Assembly: GCA_013115125.1 (NCBI GenBank) | Contig: JABANN010000312.1 | Span: forward strand, 1-40,549 | From: Perkinsus olseni | Lineage: Eukaryota | DNA: 40,549 bases | Reading direction: 5' to 3' | Shown: in pieces, positions 1-11,850 of the stretch | How the letters are laid out: every line of letters begins with the position of its first letter | How positions within the stretch are numbered: the first letter of the stretch is position 1 | Translations under genes and position numbers: made by a program | The notes under the pieces: model-generated | What the model saw: only the letters and a program-made list of their open reading frames with translations | Database searches by the model: none | What the model was told of the DNA's origin: nothing

Positions 1-723
1 GCACAACTTGTTGTGTGTAGAGTAAATAAGCGCATCGTAGGGAGAGTTTGGATATCTTTCGTGTGCGGTGCTGCACAGTGTTACTGTGTTGTAGGCGAGC
101 GAGAGAGACATGGTATCTATGCACTGGTCTTGAGTTGATTAGTGCATCAGGATATCAGGCTTGGCGGTGGCTTGAGTTGTCTATCGAGCGAGTGCGTTTC
201 AGTTGCCTGTGTAAGGCGAGTCCTGTTTTTTTTCTCTTTTTCGGGAGGTGCCAAGTTGGTGACAAGGTTTATCTATATATATACTGGTAGATAGCGAACA
301 GGTTGTTCGTCACGGCGAATGTCACCAATCTGGCCCGCGATGGTCTTGCCAGCAGATTGTGCTGCCACAGCACATCTGGCCAAACCATCTGCCTCTTCCC
401 ACTCTCCCGAAGAGAAAGCGATTTATCTTTCTCTCGAGAGGTGGATTGGAGGATCGAGTGTTCTATCTCCCTCATGGTGTGACTCAACCTCTACGTAGAC
501 TAGGGCTTTGGACAGCTCCCATGTTGGTTTGTCGCGTCTACAATAATTTGACTTCTTGTGTCCCAGTCGTCGTCTTTGTAATCTCTCCCCATCCTACCGC
601 ATACAAGCGTGAGTCTTTGCTCGACTGGTCTAGCGCAAAGACCTCTCATACAGTAACAGCGCACAGCTTTCTGAACATGTCAGTATTAACAGCAGACGTT
701 GATCGAGAGAAGTGAAGCAACAT

Positions 724-1579
724 CTAAATATATCTCTCTTTCTTTGTCGCGTTGGGAACATGATAGCTCGCCGTGATGCTGAACTTCTCAAACAGCTCCA
801 CATCTGCAGCGTTCTTCTCCTCATAGGTGTCACATAGTTCCTCATACATTTCGGAAAGCTCATAACGGTCTTCGGGGATGAGCACGAAGCCTCCCTCAGA
901 GCTTTCCAAATCCTCTCTCGAACGCTTCTTCTCCTTCATGTGGAATCGGAGGTGGCTCAGCACGGTCACACAGCTCATTTTTACCCCGAAGTACCCCAAG
1001 GGCGGCGTGGCTCCTTGGGTCATCCCCGGGAGAGGATCGAGCGCACGTGTAGTCGCCTTCATCCTCCCCTGCACGTATAAAGGGTTGAATCTTGGATGGG
1101 CCGTTATACTGTCGAGAGGGGCCACGCCTTTCTCGTTCACGTCGCTGAGGATACAGGTTATCAAGAAACCATCCGCAGGGCTACTGACCAAATTCACTAC
1201 TCATCAAACAGAAGTGACTACGAGGTGACACCGAGACCCGATATACTTGACGAATGACAGGGAACTTACTAATGAAAGATGTGCTTATTGCACATGATCC
1301 TGCGAGTCTTGAGACAGTCGTTAGCATAGTCGACGAAGAAGATCCACGGCTCCGGCTGTACATAGACAACACACTCATCGAACTCCGGGTCGTCCTCAAC
1401 GGTGGCGCTGTATGTCTGAGGCAGACCAATGGGTGCTCAACAGAAACGAGTGTCCCTCGCTTCACCTGAATCGTGGGGACCTCCATCGGTTTGGATTCCC
1501 TGAATTGCTGGTATGAATTGCCGGAACGCCTGCTGTAGACAGAGATGACGGAGAGGAGTGCCGCAGTAAGCCAAAGCAT
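724..1579 (-). CDS. Hypothetical secreted protein, multi-exon (exon structure only partly resolved)
   Basis: ATG at 1579 opens MLWLTAALLSVISVYS (signal-peptide-like). Donor CAG|GTGAA near 1465 and acceptor CTCAG near 1416 give a ~50-nt intron. The next exon reads TYSATVEDDPEFDECVVYVQPEPWIFFVDY. The last exon is ORF 724..1197. No recognisable domain. Confidence 0.5.
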
Positions 1580-2045
1580 GGGGATGGATGCGATACTCCT
1601 AACACGCGACTCAACATCAACTCGCCTCAATAAACCTCGGCCCGCGGAAAGCTTCTTGCGCCCGAAGGATCAGTCCCCTTGGGCGAGCGAGAACATAAAG
1701 CGCTCGAATTCCTATCGGGCCGTCGGACTCGAAGGAGATCTGTCAATGATCACTAAGGAAGGCCTGCAAGGTGGAGCAGTCCTTCAGGGGGTCGATAACT
1801 GTCCACTTACCACTAGACACTGGGATGTACCAATGGACACGCAGCTGCTTCACACACTGCATTCGCAGTAGTGTTGAGAGTGCCTCGCCGCCGCGCAGTG
1901 AGAATTATCCCATTCTTAGCTCGTATCTCGTGAGCAGAGAATCTACAGGTAAATAGAGAATAGTTTTAATAACAAACGCGACAATTCCGCCGGCCTTCTG
2001 CTGAAACTTTAAATCCGAAACGTGCATGCAAAGGCAGAGTTGAAT

Positions 2046-5000
2046 TCACTGAATGTGAGCAGTAGCGGCCTCTGGCTCATCATATTCGTTGTCGTCAGTT
2101 TCCTCGCCGTCCACAGGAGAGGCGAATCCTTCGTGATCCCGGATCCTTCTTGGACTTCCCTGGATATGGATTTGGAGCATCGAGTGGTATGAAGCTGCTG
2201 GTCATTCTTACCCTCTTCTGTCTGTCGAACAATTCCTTCTGAGCATCTTCCCGAACATCAGCCGCGGCGTAGTTGATTTCACGACTCCCCCGAATCCCCT
2301 TGGCTCCTAAACAAATATCGAATCCCTTACTCTTGCTCCGCCCAGCCTACTCTGAGCCTCCATGAAATCTTCAGCGTCATCAAAGTCTTTCACAACTTTC
2401 ATCCGAGCCTTCTCTGCCTCATTCCGAATCCGCATGCGCTCGTCCAGACCGGCATCCTCCGCCACCTTATAGAACAGCGGTTCATCATCCACAGCCTCGG
2501 CAACAGGCGAGACGCTGTCCCCTGAACACAACGACATAACTACTCCACGCCGTGCAGCCCCGACGGCGTTACCGAGCTCAAAGGCAGTTGCATCAGACGG
2601 TAGGACTTCCTCAGCGAAGGGTCGGCGAGCATCATTTTCCTTCAGCTGTCGTGCGAGCCGTTGAATGACATCGTGAGCTGATTCAACGCTCTGGCTGTCA
2701 GCAATCTGACAGCTGCACGCTCCCTTCGAAAAACCACTTCGTCGCACTCCGCACTCACCGCAACTTCGAGAACATCGCCGAGAGCAACGTCCTTGGCCGT
2801 GTCATCGGTGACGACTTTAGCATCAATAAGCTGCTTCCAGAAGGACCCCACATACCGCAGTCTCTTCTCCCTCGTGCCTAGCCATTAGACTATCAGGGAG
2901 GGGCCAATCCCCCCGCGCGGACGAATTTCACTAGGACGGGTGCTGAAGCAGTTGACCGATCGAACTGCTGCTGATCCTATGCAACGAACCGAGTCATGGT
3001 GACTATTGAGTTCCATATAAAGCCCCGGGGGCATCTTTCATCGCCCAGGATACCCACGATGATATCCCGTGCCCACTCACCACATTGGGACCACTCCTGG
3101 TAGGGTACCCGAATAACAGTGAAGCCTAACGCCTCCAAGATGCGGTGCTTCAACAGACTTGATGCTGTCCTCATGCTAGTGTCACGGTAGAAGTGATGCG
3201 GCCCATCAACTTCAAACGCGAAGGACTCCCCGACCAGAATCTGACGGAACACTCAAGGCCTTGTCCGAAGCCTGTCCCTTTGGCTACATCAATGGAGTAA
3301 GGCCCGACGACCACTTCGTTCCGGTGACGCAAACCAACCATGGTGAAGAACTTCGACACTTGCCGATGCAGTTGGGACGTCTGGCCCATCACGTCCTCAG
3401 TAGCCGTGTTGTAGGCACGAGCCCGTGCAAGGAGATCTTGATGCTGACGGAGCGAAGCGATGCAGGACTTCACATTTTCGCGAACTACACCCTTCATGAG
3501 CGCCTTACTTCTCTCTCCATTTTATCCATGATGGCTTCGGGTGCTAGGAGCCTCGCCCACAGGTCGAATATTTGCAGCTGTATGACCGACGAGAAGTTCA
3601 TCTCTTTCCTGAGAGAGTCGCCAATGGAAATGCAGCAGTAGCGATTCCGTTCAGCCAAAGACTCGCGACGGAATACCACCGACGTTGTGGGCGACTTCCG
3701 CGAGAACTGAAGCTCGAGGATGGCCCACCTGAGCCGGTTGGCAACCCCCAGCAGAGCGTGCACGGCAGCCTCCTGCCAAGGGTTGCTCTTCCCGATGTCA
3801 GTAATGGCGATGCCGTAGAGGAGGGCCGGGGCCAGCTTAGGTTCGGTTATTTGATGTTGCTTCTCGAACACCATCCTATAGGCCGCATCGAACCAGGTGG
3901 GATCGTGGATTCTGAATTTCGGAGAATAAATAAGGCGGAGCGAGGCAGCCATGTATACCTCAACTTTTGGTAGTTGACGATGCACATGGTGACGCCACTG
4001 ACTGAGAGGTTTGCATGAAGTCGATGAGCTGCCGTCTGTGCCAGCCGGCGGGCGAAGATTTCATCTCGGTAATTTAGCGAGCCTGATCCATCCTCATGAA
4101 TAGGTTCAAGCTGTGCGAGTAGCATAAAATCACCTATGCACAAAAACCAGTTGGTCAAGTCCGTCTCGTTGAAATTTGCCAACTGCAAGGTCGCTTGCTT
4201 GGTGGCTGCCCTCATGAAAGACCTGCCCCATCACAATCATCTCAGCCATTATCGTACGGATGCTCACCGATTGTAAACCTTCATCATCCCCAACGACATC
4301 GCCATCACCGACAAAGTGCTGCAACTGCACTGGGCCACTCTCGCTCTGACCTGACACCAGACCGAGTCATTGCAGCCGAGACTCCCGGGCAAGATACCTC
4401 CTTCAGTATCTTGTCCACGAGCCTCTTATCCTTATGCTCGAACTTCGCCAACGCCACCATTATCGAGCCGAGGTTGTAAGTGGACGTCCGCTCCACCATA
4501 TGATAAATACGGTTGGAGAAGTACTGACTGATGCCTGATCAACGCTGCCCCTTGAAGATACTCGGAGGTTACTCCCGCTGTCTTTTCAAGGGACAGTATC
4601 AGCAAAAAAAGAGCGGCCCCATCTACACCATCGTCAGCATCAGACGACGACCGCTGCTGGATGTTGGAGTAGCGGAAGCTAAGAATCGCTGAGCGCCAAT
4701 CATGGCCCTTCCCTACCATGTATATTCATCTTGGACCGGGCATAGGCCGCTAGTATTGCTGACAGGTCGTTGGGGGATACCTACAACCAACCGAGAATTG
4801 ATATCCAGTCTAATGCCCTGAAACCTGACGTCAGTTTTGGCCAGCATCGCATCCGCTGGAAGCCTGTCTTCTTCCTGAGGTTCCTTCAACCTCTGCTTGC
4901 GAGCCTGCCGTCGAGCCTTCGAGAGTTCTACTCGCTCTCTGAGCCGCTGATTGGAGACGGCCTCGTATACTCTAGCCTTTATCATGTTATACAGCACGAA

Positions 5001-7615
5001 ATACCTACCAGTAAAAGTCTCACCATCAACCTTTGCCTTCTAGCGTCGGCGGTAATGCTGATGATCGGAGTGATGACTATTCCGGAATCCTCGGGTCCGG
5101 GTACTCGACAGGGAGGGCTCACATTCTCTGATCGTGTTCCTTTGTCATCTTGGACATCCCCCATGCGATCAGTCTGAGGGACTCCAGCTTGAGAGCTAGA
5201 TGCGGGTATCGGACGCCAACTGAGGAGAAGGATTACCGACGGCGTTGAGAAGCAAACATGACGGAGTTGGTCCCCAGAGTTCACGCCAGTCGACCACTCA
5301 AGCACGTACGGCTGGAATAATATCAATAATACCGTATTCAGCTTCGAGTGAAGGGACCCTATCCGAGTGATCTCGTTGTGGAGAGTCGGCGATAGGATAA
5401 GGAATCAGATCATTCAAGGCCAAGCGCAGATCAATGGCGACCTACCGGTGCCTCTGAAGATGATCTCATCGTTCAGTGCCTTAACTAGAGCAGAATGCCG
5501 AACATCAGCCCGGGCGAATCTGAGTTGGGGTGGACGAGGAAATCGCCCCTTTTCACCACATCGAAGACGCAGCTTACCCATAGCAGACCATACTCAGAGC
5601 CTTTCCGTCCGCCTCGCCGATAAGACGCAGGAACATTGACCCGAGCCGCTCAAACAGGACCTACTGAAGATCATACAACCCGGCGGAGCGGAGCAGGAAA
5701 TGGCTCACCTCTTCTCGATAACCCATCTTTGCATACGCATGAGCGACCATCGCCACTTCCTGACACCATCACGCAGGTTCGATTCCCAGTCACGGCATCT
5801 TTTCGACGTCTCACTTGAGCATCATAGTAGCGAACCTCTCTACAGATGAAAGGAGCCAAAGCAGCAAACACTCGACTGTCGTTGTAGTCCAGCTGACAGA
5901 GGGCGCTGACAACCTACAGCAAAAGAACAGACCGATTCCGAGAGAACCTCTGAGGCAAAGTCGGGATACCAGAGACGTCGAGTGTGGGCAAAAGCGTTTC
6001 GCATTGGCCACGGTGTAGTCCGCGACGGCAGCAAGCAGGGGGAGGGGACGTATGCGGAACTTGTGATAGGAGTTGATAAGGAGGGCCACGTCTCTCGGTC
6101 TCCAATCTAAATCAGGCTTGAGGATAGAAGACATCCCCGGACCAACAGAGGAATGATGGTCGAGGACGGCCGGGCAGCAATATGGGCCTCCTCAATTCAC
6201 CCAGGGGAAGCTGGCAGCCAACAGGCGCGACAACCGGAGACGAAGGATGCCATCGGTATGCCGACCGTTGCCGTGCTGATCGTTGGTGTTCCCTTCCTTA
6301 TTGTATATACCCAACTTAGCTGCTGCCTTTCGGGCTGCGACGTCGAAGGCGTTATCGGCCCTATAATCAACCTGAAAACTATCGAATACTCCTTGCGCCG
6401 AATCTAAAGCGAGACCACCCAACCGCTCACCTGGACGAATGCGTTCAGTGTTGCTGCTAATTGCCGTGGATCCATCTGCCGCGCCAGACGCGGTAGCTGA
6501 CTCGTTGCGAAGTCTTTCCACATGACTTCGAAAATCTGTACTCCGCAGATACGGAAGGGCAGTAAGACAGACCGAGGCCGGTCAAGGTACCTTGCATCCC
6601 TTTGGCTTAATGTGCAACCTCGAGAAGGCGCAAGTGAATCCAGTGAGGTCATGAGGACCGAAGCTTTGCCTTATCGGAACACCCGCCTTCGTGCCATAGA
6701 GGAACTGAGAGGGGGCCAGCTAGTGATGAGCTGGGACACTCTCAAACCTGCTCGATCCAAAGGGATTTCGTCGAGCCCCTTATTTTGGGTTCGAATTACA
6801 AATAGGTGGCGAGTTACCTTAGCAAACGCCCTTATCGTGGTAGCGGCCCTCCAGCCCATCTCCTGGTAAGCATACACCATCTCGGTCATGGGTTGGACGG
6901 ATGTAAGGCCATGGACCGTACGGCGTATCTGAGGTGCTGCGTACGGCGATACCACTGCAGCAAGCCTCCGACTCTGTGATTGAGGGCCTGCACGAGCTCC
7001 TTATTGCGGACTTTGCTCTTAGCGAGACACGCTATGATGTCGGCAACTTGCTCAGGCAGGAGACAATGCTGATTTTTAATAGTATATCTGTGGCAAGGAG
7101 AGAATCGAGGGCGGAGCGAAGCAATTCACGATCTACCGCATTAGCGCCTCCCAGTCAGCAAAGTGCATCTCTACTGACGAGGGGTCTTCCTTTGCCATAC
7201 TTGCCAGCTTCTCATACACCTGATGAAAAAACGATGTGCCTCAGCGGAGCGAAGCACAGGCCAACCTCGGGAATGCTATCAGGCTCGAGATCATGAATTC
7301 GCCTAAGCTCTGGCAACACCGGCCGCGGGAACCTCACCGCCTGGTAGCCCGCCTCCAGCAAATCTGAAAGAGCGGAGCGATGCACTGATAGCAGCAAGCC
7401 CGTGACTGCTATACCAGCCTCGTCTTGGGTGTCAGGGAAGTCCCTGTCCTTCGGGATGACTACCACACTCTGTGCTGGACCTCTACCGAACAGCCGGGCT
7501 AAGACGAGTATCTAGGCAGGATCTAGCGATGGGAAGGCTGACTAGTTGGTCAGATGAGACCTACAGCTGGTCGATGGTGGACTGCTACAGCCGAGGGGGA
7601 CAGCCGGGAAAGCAT
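2046..7615 (-). CDS. Large helical-repeat (HPR/OPR/FAST-like) protein with C-terminal RAP domain, probably mitochondrial RNA-binding; many exons
   Basis: The RAP motif AFEVDGPHHFYRDTSMRTASSLLKHRILEALGFTVIRVPYQEW is at ~3080-3250. Repeat-like helices lie upstream (PRDVALLINSYHKF, EVAMVAHAYAKMGYRE, LSMVCYGFARA, NLGSIMVALAKF). The junctions checked join in frame across GT-AG introns. N-terminus MLSRLSPSAVAVHHRPA|ILVLARLFGRG is Arg/Ser-rich like a transit peptide. Stop TGA at 2046-2048 after ...EPEAATAHIQ. Confidence 0.8.
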
Positions 7616-7795
7616 TATAGGTAGAACCAGCGATGCTGAGTCCCGCCAAGTGCTCCCTTCTCCACTGGTGGCTAGCTCACATAATCTCTTCTTTCATAAA
7701 TCACACAACGTCCCCCAGGACGTGATTGACACGTGACTGAACGCCGAAAGAGCCGACAGATGGTCACGAAACTTGGTGAATGCATTAATGGTGAT

Positions 7796-7820
7796 TCCAC
7801 GTATTCCACGTATTCCACGA
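7796..7820. repeat. Short tandem repeat (TTCCACGTA)x~2.8 in intergenic DNA
   Basis: ttccacgtattccacgtattccacg read directly. Confidence 0.8.
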
Positions 7821-7939
7821 GGCAATAGGGCAAACAACAGGCTGAAGGTAGACTTCAAACACACGGTATAAAGATGATGATGCCAAACAAAGCGACGACA
7901 ATAGCAATGACCGCTCTTCCCTCACGCTGGAGCGGTATC

Positions 7940-9609
7940 TCAGACGTCGTAGTTGATGTCGTATGCTCTGTGCAAATTGAGGTGGCAAACTGGGCAAGTG
8001 TGAGAAGTATTCAACCATCTACTCAAACAGGCGCGATGGAAGCGATGACCGCAGATGATCTCACGCAGCATCGGGTACCGTGGCTCGACATACCGACCGT
8101 CCATCGGAGAAACGAAAGCCTGCAGACCAAAAGTCACCATCTCCACCCTGGCGTCCCAGTCGTGGGCTTACTTCGTCACTGGTGAATCCTCCAGTTGGTG
8201 GAGCGGAAGAATCCTCGTTATGGTCGCTAAAAAAGGTGAGGAGGTCTCCTCTTGTGGCACCATCATCATCGCCATAGTAGCTCATGTCCTTGGCACAGAT
8301 GGCGCAGGTCCCTTCGTCAGGGCCCGCCGGAACCAGCCGAATGCGGTTAATGATACCTACAAGAGAGCAGGCATCAGCTTTCCTATCACACGCTGTGTTA
8401 CCCTTCTTGGCTGCCTCCGGGCCTTGGATCCATCCTGCCTTTACTAGGCACAAAGTCAGAGGGACCTGAAATGGGAAAACATGACCGGTGATGAACCAAA
8501 TGGTAGAAGGAGTACTGTGAGGAGCGTGATGAGAGCTAGTGTCCACACGAGCAGGCCGACCCATACAAAACACTGCACTAAGATATACAGACTGGGGGCT
8601 GTTCTGGAGCACGTCCGAGTGAGGGATATCAGATGGAGCCCGTATCTGCGAGGACGCCAAGGTTGCACGCACGCGCAAAGATACGGCAAAGTCTCACCCG
8701 AACCATATCGGGTAAAACAATGAAATGAGACTCCGGAATAGCACGAGTAAGGAGGGCAAGGGATCTGAACAATAGAGAGGAATGCACTCCATGGTAATCA
8801 GTTGGAGGGAGCGAACCTGAATCTTGCAGAGGTCTGCCTCCCCTCGCTATACGGCAATATATCCACTCAAGGCCATTCTGAAGAGGGTCTGTTAGGAAGG
8901 TGATGAAAACATAGACTTCCACCCACGGCAGAAGCGGCTGGTCGCAGTCTGACTGACAGGAAGGCAGCTACGTACACCGAAGACGACCCGCGACCTAGGC
9001 GACGCACGTTGGATTGGTAGTTCAGGTCGGATGGAGTACGAGGGTGAGACACCAAAAAGGATGCAATTTTTGGCACAATAGTGCAGCGTCCCGTTGCCTA
9101 CTCTTCGCACAGTGATGACTTCTGTGAGAGCCCATATGAACAGGGCGCCATAGGAGACAGTAAGGATGACCACGAGGCAGACGACGACCTGTCGGTGACG
9201 AATCAGTCGGAGACTTGCCAGACTCGAGGCTCGAAACTCACCCAAACGAAGCATCGATATGAGTGGACCAGCGTGGATACCAAAGTACTTCGCATCCGCT
9301 GAACAGCATCCTCCTTACTTCGAGGGGCAGGATACAGAACGTCCGAGCTCCCGAAGGGGTTCGACCTATCAACATGGGAGGCATCACTACGCGGCGCACC
9401 GCAGAGTGGCAGTTGATCGTACTCATCGCCGGTATGAGCCCTCCGCCTAGGTAAGACCACATCATTATCAAAGCTCTCGAACGCTCGACCTTCAGTCACC
9501 GTTGGCAGCAGGGGTTCTCCGAGGTTACTCGAGGATACCTGCGATTCACAATAACCTCGGGGACGTGAGATTGGGCCTCATACATGTCGCCTGTCATCGA
9601 TGGAATCAT
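7940..9609 (-). CDS. Multi-pass transmembrane RING-H2 E3 ubiquitin ligase
   Basis: C-terminal RING-H2: TCAIC ... CGHRFHRACLSRWLNTSHTCPVCH. Upstream TM exons include VVVCLVVILTVSYGALFIWAL and SLFYPIWFG|YGLHLISLTRTCSRTAPSLYILVQCFVWVGLLVWTLALI. Start ATG is approximate. Confidence 0.85.
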
Positions 9610-9949
9610 CGCTGCTGAATCTACCGCTTGCCGAATCTAGGAGCTTCGACCGCCGCCGGAAGGGAAAGACTGAGCACAAACCAACAGGAATTGTGATAGC
9701 TGCGATGCTTTAAAAGCATTGCTTCAGAATATTCCACATTCGCAGGTTATGCTCCTCCTATAGTGAGTCCCAGCGCCGCTGCCCGCCAGCGGTATTTTTC
9801 CGACGTCTGGAGTCGCATAAACGGCACTTAGGCAAGAGCCCTGGAACGGCACTTCATATACAACGCCCACAATGGTATCGGGTAAAATATCCTCGTCCCT
9901 GGAGTCCTTCGAGTATCTCACTCGCGATTTGGCTCATATAAGCACACGG

Positions 9950-10880
9950 ACGTAGTATTACATAGAAACTTATCTCACGCATGAAAGCTAAGGAGTACTA
10001 TTTTTATGCCTCCGGTAACGATGTCGAGTGGCGAGGGCAGGAACCTTGTTTTCGAAGCCCTTCAGACTCACTGAGAGCCACTCTGAGCTTGAGAGGCCCG
10101 CTGCTTTGCGGGAAAATGGCATACTTGACGAAGTCCACAACGAGTGCTGGTCGACAGACATCACATACGGTTGTATGACGATGTAGTTTCAGGGAAGCAT
10201 GAGCCTGCAGGGCTCTGGCCCCGAGGGCGCTATACGGTAGCAAGAAGTCAGAACTCAACAACTCGCTCAACACTTTCGTTAGACCATGTCACAGTCAGCA
10301 TCCACTGCAGCAGACGACTAGTTCTACTTGATCGCTGCTGCATCGACACAGTATTGCATGGGCTCAATAACGAATCACATGTCCATGAAAGAGCCGCAAC
10401 GGTACTTGCCGCTACACCAACGCTTTGACTGGGTCCAAGAACGTCGTTGTTACAACGAAGCGCAGTGAATCGGCTCGTCCGAGTAGTAGAAGCAGCAGAG
10501 CTTTGTCAGGCACACGCGAACGTATAGCAAGTTCGATAACGAAGCCTCGCCGGTGTGCAAATGAAGCCGAATGGGAGTCATGAGCAGCTCAAGTGCCTCC
10601 GTAGACAGAGAAGCCGAACAACTGCATCGCCCTTTCCTCTGAAGGCTATGTTAAAGAATGCGCTAGTGACGTCCACTGACGCGACGTGTGGCGGTACATC
10701 AGCCGACAGCGAGACTCGGAATAGATGGTTAAGACCGTCACACGCGCCCGTGCGCACGTATTTGTTTACTCTCCTGCCGTCGACGGCGATTCGTTTCTTG
10801 GTCGTCATGGCCCTGGTCTTGAACACTGGAATGATCGGCCTTCTGCGGGTGCCAACTGGCGCGTAGTATACCACATATCA
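9950..10880 (-). mobile_element. Decayed reverse transcriptase (LTR/DIRS-class retrotransposon relic) with frameshifts
   Basis: Ordered RT motifs across frameshifts: PIIPVFK...KKRIAVDGRRVNKY, VASVDVTSAFFNI, AMQLFGFSVYG, LPFGFICTP (10577-10548) and degenerate catalytic YYSDE (~10488-10474). No LTRs seen; boundaries approximate. Confidence 0.75.
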
Positions 10881-10899
10881 TGGAGAAATTTGAAACATA

Positions 10900-11542
10900 C
10901 TTATCAGGAGTAATTGTCGATGACCTACGGCCCTCCCAGCAATGCACGAGTGATGAGCATCCAGCAAGTCGGAGGAGTCTCACGATCCTGATCCTGATGA
11001 GGCGAGCAAACTTATTGGTAATACTACACATACCGGTGAACAACACTACCACGCTGTGCACGAAGTTCGAATTTGCTGAGATCATTGATTCTTGAATCTA
11101 CGACAGATACTAAATCCCTCGTATTCTTACTGTAAGCTCCCCCTCGAGGCGTTGCTTGGCCTGTGCTCAGAACGCCCGACATTGACCGAAAGAGCAGCTC
11201 CGACGACGAGTGATAACGCCTGAACGACATCATGCAGGAACGAAGACAAAACTGAGCCATGCCCGGATGACGTACTAGCCGTTGCTTCATAGACATGCGG
11301 TCATGCCATCAAGAAGTTGAACGTGTCGAATCGACTCACCCTGCGCTGGTCGCGGGAACCAAACCGAACTCATTATCCTCGTTGTGATCACTCCCTTCAG
11401 CACCACTGTCACTGCCATCACTCATGCGAGCTTCGCGACGGCTGAAGGTCCGAAGTAGACCTCCCGGACCTGGTATGATATACGGGAGGAAGTTCGTCGT
11501 GTACGACATATTTGATGGAGCTAGTGGCGGTCGTCTACTCAT
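10900..11542 (-). pseudogene. 5' exons of a hypothetical gene, apparently truncated by the RT relic
   Basis: ATG at 11542 opens MSRRPPLAPS...PATSA and ends at a strong G|GTGAGT donor (~11339). Hydrophobic exon-like pieces follow. No continuation found past ~10900. Confidence 0.35.
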
Positions 11543-11850
11543 GGAAAAAATCGGGAATCATGATGGTCTTCACCACAAACAACTGAAAAGATAGCTTTCG
11601 AAAGAAACCAGCGGGCGTAAATCTATCTTCAGCCCAGCTGGCCAATCATCGTGTAGTGCGTGAGCACGGATGTAGACCAACCACAGGTCGCCGACCGGTC
11701 TGCCTCGACGCGGTCATAACACAACACCTGGACCAAGCTTAGGAGCGGGTGTATGATGAATGTACGAATGAGCAAGACAAATGTTCGAACACAAGCAGTC
11801 GTATCCCATAGCAGAATATAATACCCTGGGGGGATAGACAAACAGAGGAA

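Noticed and set aside
566-583. DYKDDD (FLAG-tag-like) codons on the minus strand
   Set aside because: It continues as WD rather than DK, with no vector context; coincidence.
8599-8715. Dispersed repeat with apparent nested stems (ccgtatc/gatacgg), first considered a structured ncRNA or ribozyme shared with 40008-40120
   Set aside because: It parses as exon-intron-exon of the TM-RING gene, and the homology extends into coding sequence. No hammerhead or HDV core is present.
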